From contig CM082585.2 of assembly GCA_040954595.2 (NCBI GenBank), positions 2,820,902 through 2,884,901 on the forward strand: a stretch of DNA of 64,000 nucleotides, given 5' to 3'. The stretch's first letter is position 1, and every line of letters begins with the position of its first letter. This DNA is from Balanoglossus misakiensis (lineage: Eukaryota; Animalia; Hemichordata). The notes beneath the pieces were generated by a model. That model searched no databases. It saw only the letters and a program-made list of their open reading frames with translations, and was not told the DNA's origin. The position numbers were made by a program, and so were the translations under genes. Positions 24,961 to 36,470 of this stretch are shown piece by piece.

Positions 24961-26010
24961 ATAATGTTTTTGTCCTTTTTGTGGTGACGTGATTTTGTTG
25001 TGTTTCTGCCTGGTTTTACAGTTATTTTTAAAATTTACTATTGAGCCATAATAAGATTATTCTTTTTAGTACAATACAATACAAAAGTTGTTTTTGTTGT
25101 AAACATTAGTCATTCTCATCAAATCATGTAGGTGTAAAGAAGAGACATTGAGCTTATTCTTCAAGGGTATCACTGAAAATTATGGTATATTTAACAAACA
25201 CTAGAAAAAGTAGAACTAAACATTTTTGATCTTGCAACCTATACTAAGTTGGCAGCCGCCACAGTCCTGCATTGATCATCTCACAGAGTCATAATGTGGT
25301 GATGTTCAAAGGCAATAATGGTTAATCAGACCTTCAACTTTACAACATTCATTGCTCTGACATTGATTTCAAATGTTGAAGTTTATTTGCAATGGCAACG
25401 GTTGAATTAGGATCTTGTTTTTCACTTGGTTGGTTGATTGACAAACTTAGACATAGAATGCCATGGTGCTATTCTCTGGTACTGTTGATAGAGAAAGAAT
25501 AGGTGACCTGTTCTGCAAAGTAGCTGACCAGATGTCTTGATGGCCCGGCGCCTGCTTAGTGAGAACTCAGAATTTTATAATTATACAATTATGATTTAAG
25601 TCCGAATTGTATTGTTTGGTCAATTACCTCTGTATGCCTGATTCTTGATGTTGGTAAAAACCATAAACAACCTTGTTTATTTGGATAGATTTTATGGGAC
25701 CAAGAAGGTGGACACTTAACATAGTCCTTTCTGGTAGACTTGCATCATACAAATGAGGACTAGAGAGAGGGTCACATTGAAGCACTGTGGGTACAGTTTG
25801 ATATGACCAAGCTGAGGTGTCATACTTGCATCTAAATTTAACATACCCTTTATGCGAGGGTTACGTCATTATACAAATTTGGACTAATATAGAGGGAGGG
25901 TAACACTTATTAAATTTTCTGCTGCTGGGAGAGATCTGCATTTAACACGACTGATTGACCCCAATTTCTCGTGCCTCCGCCCCTCAGAATAAATGAAAGC
26001 TTTGTTACAG

Positions 26011-26038
26011 CATGGAGGTACTCTCTAGTACCTCCACG
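26011..26038. mobile_element. 28-bp hairpin mini-element with 7-bp TSD (P-superfamily-like ends)
   Basis: catggaggtact-ctct-agtacctccacg flanked by gttacag at 26004-26010 and 26039-26045. Confidence 0.6.
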
Positions 26039-26634
26039 GTTACAGCAACCAATTCTCCCCACCTTAAATAGGTTTTAAGCTACCTACATGTAAGTGAGTG
26101 ATGAAAATCTCATATGGTCAACACAATTTCAAGATGGCCGATTTTTGCCATGTTTAAAAAATGGGAGTTCATGAGCTAAAGTGATGATGGGTCATTCTGA
26201 AACTTTTTAACATAAAAAATAACAAAATGTGAAAAAAGTTAAAATGAGTTGCTAACTACAAAAATAGACATGTTTGTCCAAAGGAAGTCATGAAATACAG
26301 TAAACATATCATTTCTTCTAACTCTTACTACAGTGGGTTGTCGACTTTTTGCCCAGAATGCAATGTGATTTGACCCCCCTAGCACAGAGTGAAATCCTAT
26401 TTAAGGCAGCCAGAATTCATATTACACCTCCAGTCAGTGCAGATATATGACCACACATTTAAAAAATATTTATTTTTTTAAATTTTTAATAATAAGTGTA
26501 CACATCTGCATTGAACTAAATAAATAAAATAAATAAATATATACACTGAGTAAATAAACTAAGTAAATAAATGTACGCTAACTAAACCTATGCTTCCTAA
26601 ACTAATAAGCCTAATTAACTAAATACTAAACTTA

Positions 26635-26654
26635 TACTAATTAACTAAGAACTG

Positions 26655-26686
<32 letters not shown>

Positions 26687-26852
26687 CTAACTAACTAACT
26701 AAACTATTCAAAAGTTTGGACAAATACATGTGTACACTCACTCACTCACTCAGACAGACAGACAGACGGACGGATGGACGGACGGATGGACAGACAGACA
26801 GACGGACGGACGGACAGACGGACGGATGGACGGACAGATGGACAGACAGACA
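26635..26852. repeat. Microsatellites (CTAA)n and (GACA/GACG/GATG)n
   Basis: Directly visible tetranucleotide runs. Confidence 0.9.
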
Positions 26853-27193
26853 GGTTTATCAAAATGGGTATTACTGAGGAGGAGGGGGGGGGGGCAGTTT
26901 GGGCGAAGACTGGTTGGGGCATTTCAGAGGACATTTCAAAATCAAATTTACTTGAGGCACCCTGAGGAAATTGTTAAGACGGGTTCTCATGTGCTATGGT
27001 TAGGGCGCTACTTTTTTTATCATAAGTGGGTAAACATTTCTTATCAGGGACTTCAAAATCTTGTGTCCACACATTTTACTTTAGTTTCAAATAGGTCGGA
27101 GATCAACAGGCATTTGCATGATCTGCTACCGATTCATTGTAACTTTTCATTGGAGGTTGCAGCAATCGAGTGAACAAGCTACGCCAGTATTCT

Positions 27194-27236
<43 letters not shown>

Positions 27237-30032
27237 CGCTTTTCAAACTGTCACTTGTATCTTCTTGAGAAAACTCACAACTTGGGTTTTAAACAAAAAC
27301 AATGTTGTGGAATAAACAACTACAAACACTAAGTAAAGGTCAGAAAAATTGCATCAAAACTAAAAAATGTATTCAAACAAGATAAATGATTACAATCAAA
27401 GATAAAATAAAAGATTTCAAACAATTTGCAGATTTGCCATTCAGGCAAATACAGCCAAAGCAAGAGATGTCAAGCAAATCGAGCAACTCTTACAACAAGA
27501 TGGAAAGTACACAAGTCATGCAGACTGAATGTTTAACAGTGACTGATTGAATATTGATGCCATAGCATATTGGATGGTATTGTGAAATGTGTCTGTCTAC
27601 ATTGTGTTTCAATATAGCTCCCAGCAGTATTCACTTTGCGTGAATTTCTCCAGGTCTTCAACCAATTTGTCAGTCTTGTGGATCATTTGTGAGGTGCTAT
27701 GATTAACCCCTGCAACTGCCAATCCAGCAGAGGCAATGTCATTAACAATGAATTGCACTTGCATAACTGACTCAGAGGGCCCAGAGGGAAAACCAGTTTC
27801 ATCCAAAAACAAAGAATAGCCAGTGCCTTGGGGGTCTAAACCATGGGATTTGCAACAATAAGACTGTTGTCCCCTGATATCAATGCATCCGTAGAAGAAT
27901 TTGAAAAGCTTGGTGATAAAAATGCAGCAAATATGCAACATGCAAATGAGAGTAGTCCCTATAATGACAGGAAGCCTTTTAATGGTCTCATAAAATAAAC
28001 TAGCAGAAAAGTCGTAAAAAATTTCCCTGTGATGCATCGTTGGAGATCATACATTTTATAAAAAATTTTTTTATGGATATGAAAATAGTGGTACTTACAG
28101 AGTGTGACAACCTATGAACAAGGATTAATCCTCACTACTTCAGCCTTGAAACAGAAATGCATTAAATTTTTGATAAAAACTATACAACGGTTCTTACAAA
28201 ACATGTGCTGTCTTTGGCCTGGCTACATGTTCCCTTTTGTTGAATTAAATTTGCCACTTCAAAGTCCAGCCAGCTTTTGAAAGCATGGGAAGATTGTGAC
28301 CCGCAGCAGGTTAAAAGGGGGACAGATCACATTTTCGGGGGACAATATATCAGGACAGTGTTCTCCCTGGGAAAAATCATAGAGTCAGGACTAATTCCCA
28401 TAAAATTTACATAATCATAGCTTCTTTTGGACAATTTTACCACGGCCGTTACTTATCAAGTATGCTGACATTGGCACATCGTACTTACTAAGAAAGAATA
28501 TTGTCTTTTTTTATATCCAGAGTAAAGTAGGCCTAGTGAAATACTATTACTAGTGGAAGTATTTGAAATTGACATGGGGTTACGACGTCCACTCCAATAA
28601 AACACCCTGATGTTCCCACGACTTGCTATGCGCCTCAAAAACTGTGATGTTGTCATATTTTTTTACGCGCTAGCAACAACCAGTAGTAAGAGAGACTGAT
28701 AAATCGATGCTGATATGATAGCCTGTTTATTGATGTTTTAAAATGGGGTAGAAATTTTATACATGTCAGACATTTAGAGGGTAAAAAATGGCAAATATTC
28801 AACAGTGTCGAGCAGTTTTCAAGTTGGAGTTGGACAGCTTCCTGCTATATGCCAATTTACTAACATACGGATGGGACCTTTGACACAAGCCACTTCGTGT
28901 GTCAGCTGCTCGATCGCACAAGTGGTTGGCTTAATTCAAGACACTGCATTGTTTATCATGATGGTGGTTGTTGATTCTTATTTGTTTGTTTATTTATTTG
29001 ATTATTTGTTTCCCCGAACAGAACGCCTAATTCACCTGTGTCCTGGATGAAACACTGCCTGCCCATGCCAAGTTCACAAGTTTTCAGTGCAGGTTGTCTT
29101 TTACATCCTACTACATTATGTAATTTTTAGAAATTGGACATTTCCTAAGACAATTAAGACATCTCAGATTCTGTGTTAATTATGATATACTGCCATTGGT
29201 GAAGAAATGTTATCGTGTATTGTTTTTTCTTTGGGGGGAAAGATCAACATTCAGGATCAGATTAATTACTTTCAATTGATAATAATTTTTTTTTTTTTGC
29301 AATCATACCCCATCATCCTATCCTAAACAAAATCAAATAGTGCAAAGTAATTAAAAAGTTTACCTTATCAAGTAGACATAAATCAGGGCAGGTGGCCATG
29401 AAATTTACCTGCCTTTGCAATTATTACCGGCCCTGGGGAGCTGTTAATTTTATAAGCCTGTGCAGACGCACAGACACATGGCATGACCTCCAACAAAAGT
29501 TGCTTCATCTTATGTCATGTTTAGCTGAGTTGTTACAATGCGCGCACGCGCTCAGTGCATTGCTTGTGTTACTAGGCTATTGATGCGATTTATAGGACGC
29601 CTGTCTAGAGATAACTTGTGCACTGAATGAAATGGCAGCGCACTGCTCTTGACAGCGTGCAGAGCTGCATTGCTTCTTGGGTGATTCAAGCCGTGGAAGG
29701 TGTGAAATCACTCAGTTGCGTTCACTAAATTATCAAAAATTGAAAGGGAGTAGCTAGTTACAGTGAAAGCAACGGTGGACGCAAAGCAAAAGTGCAGGGG
29801 TGACAATCAGTCACATTGTTGCTCACTGAGGAAGAATGCATCACAGTGACCCATGAAGATTATTCCGTTGTGACAATCCAACATTTATTGCGTCAAATGT
29901 CGCAAGGCCGCACGCTAGCTGAAATACTGAAAGAGAGAGCATATTTGGTAGGCAGTCATACAACATGGGCACTTTTGTTTAAGTGTAAAGACAATGTGAC
30001 TTTTGCCAAATATTCAGAGGGTATCAACTTCA

Positions 30033-30172
30033 AGGACAGAAAACGTGGACATTCCTGCCTGCTATTTAGGTTAGTGGTTAGAGGTTAGAGGTTAATGTTA
30101 GAGGTTAGATTGGGGTTAAAGGTTAAGGTGCAAGTGCAATAGAAGGCTGCAATGTTCAAGTGTAACTGTCCT
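30033..30172. mobile_element. Small degenerate TIR element with telomere-like (TTAGRG/TTAGG) core
   Basis: About 35-bp imperfect inverted ends (aggacag...gcctgctatt / aatagaaggc...ctgtcct) around ttaggttagtggttagaggttagagg...ggttaagg. Confidence 0.5.
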
Positions 30173-33100
30173 GAAAGCAGTCATCTGAATATCTGTAGGC
30201 CTGCAAGGTAGTAGACTGTGACCCTAACCAGTAGACTGTGATAACATGGGATTTCTAGACACAAGCAAGACATTCCTTCACTTGGTAACAGTATAATTTT
30301 ATCATACAAGTAGTTTTTGTCTGTCTATCAGAACTATCTTTGCTTTGTAAAATTTTAATGAAAAGTAGGAAGTTTCAGATAATAAGTTGGAAAAACAAAT
30401 GGGTGGCTTAGAATCTTAAATAGGTGCTCTCTCTGTGTTTAAAACACTAATACTATCTAAAATCCCAAATGATAGAAATAAAACAATATACAGTGTTTCA
30501 GCTTGCGTGCGTCCTTGCGACATTTGATGCAATAAATATTGGATTGTCACAACAAAATAAATCTTCATGGGTCACTCTGACACATTCTTACTGAGTGAAC
30601 AACAACATGACAGATTGTCACCTCCCACACTTTTGTTCTGCATCCACCTTTGCTTTCACTGTAACTGGCTACTTCCTTTCAATTCTTGACAATTAGTGAA
30701 CACATTTGAGTGATTTCACGCCTTCCACGGCTTGAATCACCCAAGAAGCAATGCAGCTCTGCACGCTGTCAAGAGCAGTGCGCTGCCATTTCATTCAGTG
30801 CACAAGTTATCTCTAGACAGGCGTCCTGTAAATTGCATCAATAGCCTAGTAACACAAGCAACGTACTGAGCGCGTGTGCGCATTGTAACAACTCAGCTAA
30901 ACATGACAAAAGATGAAGCAACTTTTGTTGGAGGTCATGCCATGTGTCTGTGCGTCTGCACAGGGTTATAAAATTAACAGCGGCCCATGGCCAGTAAACT
31001 GCAAATGAATATGGCCGCCACTGTGACAAAATGCTAGAAAGAAGGAAAACGTTGCATTTCCCACTATAAAATTTCATAAACAAAGCATGATCTCATCAAC
31101 TGCAATTATGGAAGTAAAAATGTACACCGCTGGGACATTACATTTTCATTTTTAATCGCAATATTGCAGGAATTTTCGATTTTCTTTAACTTTTGGCCAT
31201 TTTGTCATAAATAAGTGATCTTGATATACTATTTTGAAATATCATTTAATAGACATAATTCAAAGGATATATGGGATTATTTAAACTTAAATTTTTTATC
31301 CAGTTGCAGCTCATGTACCTTTAATCTAATCCTGAATGTTGATCTTTCCCCTCCCCCCCCCAAAAAAAAAAAAAAAAATCACAGAAAAACTCAGACTCGA
31401 TCACGGATATCGAAAACAGAGGAATGGCGTAAACAAAAGATCAGCTGATTGCAGTCAATCCATGTACTGTACATTTCTAGTATCATATTCAAACATCAGG
31501 AAATAAATAAAGAAGGTTTTTTAATGCAAGTGAAAATACATTAAGGGTTCTGCTGAAATATATCTGAAAAAGTTTTGATTTTTGTGAAATCTTGGTGAGG
31601 ACTCAGGCAATATTTGCATTCATTGGCGTTCTCAGGAAAGTTCACGTATACGGGTGCTCGGAAGGTTGAAATACATAAACAAACTCTCCCTCTATCGACC
31701 CTCCATACCGCGTAGACAACACGACAGTGACAATTGTGGCATAACTTTTTACGTATAACTTTGTTGACATGACTGCTTGGTACATGGTGCACGGTATGTA
31801 TGGTAAACGAATGTCAAATCCAGCATCATCGAGAGGTTTGCTTTACATGCAGGACCGAGCCATGTTGACTGCGCGTGATTCAAGAGCAGATGACATGTAG
31901 TGCCGCATTAGGAAGAAAAAAATAAACAAAGTGCTAGCCAAGGTCAGATTTGAAATTAATAAATATCGCAGTACATTGTATTTATTCTGTGTATGTTTGC
32001 ATTTCTTTTTTAGCCCTTAAATTGTTTGCATTGTTTGAAAGCTCCGTTATTTAGTCAGAAATTGTCCACGTCTGGCTGGTTCTTGAGTGTGTCGCGCGTC
32101 CACTTCAAAACACGATACATTATCAGTAATAATTTACAGCAATGACGTCACAAAATTCACTTGATAAAGCTATAACATTAAATATTTTCTATCGATGTTG
32201 AGGGGCCTTAGTGATGTCCAAAAGAAGCTATGATTATGTAAATTTTATGGAAATTAGCCCCGACTCTATGATTATTCCCAGGGAGAACCCTGTCCTGATA
32301 TATTGTCCCCCGACAACATGATTTGTCCCCCTTTCTAACCTGCTGTGGGTCACAATATCCCCATGCTTCACAGTACAATATTTTACCCACAATTGTCCAT
32401 GATTTGTATCATTGAACGTTGCCCATTTAATAACTTTTTCTGTTTTACATGCTAACAATGATATGAAGTACATATAAATTTATTTGTTTTTATCTAGGAA
32501 AAGTATGTTGAGCAATTAGAGTGAAAATTTCAAAATCAAAATTTAAAAGCCATAGGAATCAAAGTATTCATGAACTGCAAATGTCACACTTTGGAGGAAA
32601 CACGCAAAGGACTAACTGAGGTGGCCAGTCTCTGTAGACAGTTAACATGTACATTTCATTTGTTCTGTCAATAGAAAAATCAATTTTTGTTTGATTAAAC
32701 GGGTATTTCAAGTGTCCCTGTTTTACTTCAAACTTCTTTGTATAGCTGGCTATGCAATTGCTTGATTATTTTATAAAATTAGTAGCTCCTCTCTCAATAA
32801 TGCATAATTTAAAAAATAATTTGAAATGGTTATTCACAGTAAGATTTGCCTTAAAAGTACGATCTCGAACTTGGTATTAGTGATCTACAATTCTCTGTTC
32901 ACATGTGCACTATGTCTGATTTGACTGAGGATTATCTGTTGGTACAAATCAGAATGAATCATGAGATATTTCTAGTACCGTGAGCTTTCAAAAGCTGGCT
33001 GAAACACTGATAATATACCAATTTGCTTGTAAATTTGAGGAATTTTACCTGGTGAAATAACCATTTGAATTTTTATCTGTCTAGCTGAATTTTGGTGATT

Positions 33101-33206
33101 ATCATTATGCTCCATATTTGCCTTAGTACTTTTACAAATATTTTTAATCGAGGTTGAAAATATGTAACACCACTAATATGGAGATTTGTATGTATTTGAT
33201 AATAAA

Positions 33207-33539
33207 CAGAGGTCGTGATAACATTTTTTGAGTGCGTATTTTTGATGCATTCATAAAAAAATGTGTAAACTCCTTTTACTTAGCCTGCGTCGTACACATG
33301 TCTAATTCAAAATTCATCAAACAAAATTAGCTACATTTTGAGTACAAAAGTTCGGGCACGCAAGTGATTATTTTGATCCCAGGGGATAGTCAGCGGTATG
33401 TGTATGGTTTACGTTGACCATTGTACAAATAGAGAGGCCATTCCCATGCGTCAATATTGATGCACTTATTAAGATTTTTATGTCAAATGAGTATATTGGC
33501 ATCAAATATACATAATTTTTTGCGTTAACGCGACCTCTG
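33207..33539. mobile_element. hAT-like MITE
   Basis: TIR cagaggtcgtgataac / gttaacgcgacctctg (14/16 match). The TSD is only partly preserved (ataat...). Confidence 0.55.
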
Positions 33540-33881
33540 ATAATTGCAATTTTTTTTTATAAACAGCGAAAATGGATGCATGGCTGTTGAATTTCAGTCA
33601 CCATGACGATGCATGTAGTCTGTGACAAACGTAACATTCCATACAAAGCATATGATTTCATTTTTTGAGTGTCTAGCTATTACATTATATTTTCAGCGAA
33701 TTTACTTGCAACACATTGCAGGATGCTACAATCTCTAGTGCAAATTTGTTTGCGAAATTATGTTTGGCTTTACATTATATGACAAAAGTGAACATGTGTG
33801 CATGACTGCCAGATGCTGTTATTTTTCATTTGTCAAGTATAACAGGTCTCATTCACTGGCTTAAGAGAGGCTTTATATATA

Positions 33882-35412
33882 CAGACCCGCCAATAAGCAT
33901 TTACGCACCTTGACAATGAATGTAAGCTATGAAAAATTATTCACAAAATCGATCGACTGTAACTTGTTTCCGAAAATAAATAACCTACGGAGGGTTTAAC
34001 CCATTTTAGACAACGCAGTTGTGTTGCTGCACCGAATATGACTGCATACGCGGCGTGTTTTTCGGCCAGTGAAATTTCCTATGGTTATTGCAATGGCGGT
34101 ATTCTCATAACATCTCATTTGCATCTTATTAACTTTTCACGCCAATGTGTGCGTGGCTAATTTCCCTCTATTCATATTTAAATCTTCACCAATCAGAGCT
34201 TTTAAATATAATTCTGATTAAATTTTAGGGCGGGAAAATCTGCCAGATTTGCTTATGAATATTCTGATCGAGGTCGTCTGAGGTTGCTACATAATTTTTG
34301 TTTGTAAACATTGAATAAGTGAAATCATGCTTAAAGTTCACGAACTTCCTGAATTTGTGAAAGGTCAAATTGAGTCACTGCATAGGCAAGGTTTGAGAAA
34401 CCGAGAAATTGCAAGGAAGTTTGGAATCACTGAAGGCAGCGTCAGGTACAACATTCGAAAACTTGTTCGAAATGGTAGCACGGACAATTTACATCAATCT
34501 GGACGGCCAAGGCAAACAACTGAACGTGAAGACCGAATGTTGATTAGATCAAGTCTGACGGACAGATTTAAGACGGCCCGTGACCTCCGCGCTAAATTTC
34601 ATGAGGACACCGGGAAACTTTTGAGTATGAGCACAATCAAATCCCGATTGTATAAAAGAGTCAGACTCCGTGGATGTGTGGCCAAGAAAAAGTCGAAATT
34701 ACAACCCCGGCACAATGCAGCGTGACTACGTTTTGCCCCGCGTTACGTCAACTGGACACCTGTTCAGTGGTTCCAGGTTGTTTGTGATTTTGTGTTCCAA
34801 CAGGATAATGCCCACGAACATACTGCCTTGGATGTGAAATCATTTCTGCAAAATCCCCAGGATTACGGCTATCCGTTCGACAATTTTACAACGTTGGAGT
34901 GACCAGCCTTGTCTCCAGATTTGAGCCCCATCGCAAACCTGTGGGAGTTAATCGACTTGGACGTTCATTCCCGTCCAATACACAGCATCAACGACCTTTT
35001 TAACCGCATAGTAACATCTTGGGAACAATTCCTGCAAAATATGTGTCGCAAACTCGTCGATACTATGCCGAAGCACCAGCGAGAGGTCATTAGGCGAAGG
35101 GGTGGACATATCCATTATTGACATTTGGTTCGTTCGATTTCACCTGATGAATATTCATGACGTTCTTTGCATTGTTGTTCCCAAAGAGAATGGAATGTTT
35201 CGCTGACTCCGTCGCACATCTATTTTTACGTCGATATTTCTCGCTCAAATTTAATCGCAGATGAAAGATTTTTGTTGTATGACTTATTTCTCGTGAATTT
35301 ATGAAATATATTTGAAATTTTGCTAAAAACTGTCTGCAAGGTGTGTTATTTCATGTTTCTGAAATGTTTTCACTGCAGAACATGGGTGTGTAAATACTTA
35401 TTGGTGGGTCTG
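33882..35412 (+). mobile_element. Tc1/mariner DNA transposon, defective
   Basis: TIR cagacccgccaataagcatttacgcacc / ggtgtgtaaatacttattggtgggtctg. TA on the left, ATA on the right. Transposase remnants inside. Confidence 0.9.
34327..35121 (+). pseudogene. Tc1-type transposase pseudogene
   Basis: Paired-like HTH with SGRPR motif (34327-34725), then FQQDNA..H, SPDLSPIANLW and a terminal GGHIHY. In-frame stops and an internal deletion covering the first catalytic Asp region. Confidence 0.88.
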
Positions 35413-35769
35413 ATACATGTACATGTCTGTACATATTATTCTTGATGTTGTTGTAAACATTTCTTTTGTGTCTGTTTCAAAGTCAGATGAGGTGGGTTAT
35501 AACACCTTGATTCATAGGTTGTGTGACTTTTGAAAACCATCACTCACATTCATGGAAGAGTTTTATCCTAAAAACAGTATACTCCAGTTGTCCCTAATAA
35601 TAGCCTTTGTGTAAATTTCCCTTCTCTAAAGTGAGACAGAAGTAAAGAAATCATCTTCATAATGAAGATGTATGGGATAGCTGGTGAAGTGCTCAATACA
35701 TTGCCTTCAGTGTGTGTTCCACTAGATGAAACAGTACTACAATGTGGAAGCAGTACGGATGAGGTGCGT

Positions 35770-36470
35770 TCAGTTGGCATCCTTCAGTCTTGAGAGATCA
35801 ATTGGATCTTCATGCTGGGATATGCTGGTCTAGATCTGGAACAGCATCGGGTGCGACTAGTCAATCCAATGTGAGAATGACTGTCTCTCTGATACTTTAA
35901 ACAGGTGAAGGCTTAGGAGGAGCTGTTTGCCTGGCTTGATGCCTTCCTTCTCTGTCTCTTGACTCCGCACGTTCTGGCGAGTGTCTCTTCAAAGTTGGAG
36001 AGCCGTTGCCAACCACTTGTCTTCAGGTCATTCGGTCTGAGGCTAATTTTTAGACTCCCAAGAGTTTGTGTCAATGTCCAGGGACTTCGTGTCTCTTTTG
36101 CAAACATCCCTGTGGTGTAACTGTCAGGTCTGCTTTGGTCTGTTCGCCATTAAGTGTCAGTTCGCCGTACAGGAGGTCTTTTAGGATCCAGCCATCATCT
36201 ATGAGCACATAGCCAAGCCAGTGTATTGTGTCTCTGCTTCAGCAGACTGTACCAGGTACATGCTAGAAATTCCAACTCTCTTCAGGACAGTGGTGTTAGT
36301 AACTTTGTCTTGATATTTCACATCTAGGATACGTCACAGGCAGAACATGTGAAAGGGTATTGAGCTTATGTTCCTCATAGGTGCTCCAAGATCCACTGCT
36401 GTACTGTACAAATTAAGGTACTCACCACACAAACACTGCATGTAGATGTGGACATCAGTGTCATACTTAG
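35770..36470 (-). pseudogene. RTE-clade LINE 3' fragment, decayed
   Basis: Minus-strand FHMFCL*RILDVKYQDKVTN..VL, WLGYV, KDLLYGEL, DVCKRD, a degenerate C-terminal zinc finger (HSHIGLTS) and a 3' gactgaaggatgcc. Confidence 0.8.

Noticed and set aside
27609-28037. 142-aa minus-strand ORF in the palindrome arm as a gene
   Set aside because: The mirror copy at 38.6-39.05 kb does not keep the frame and I recognise no domain.
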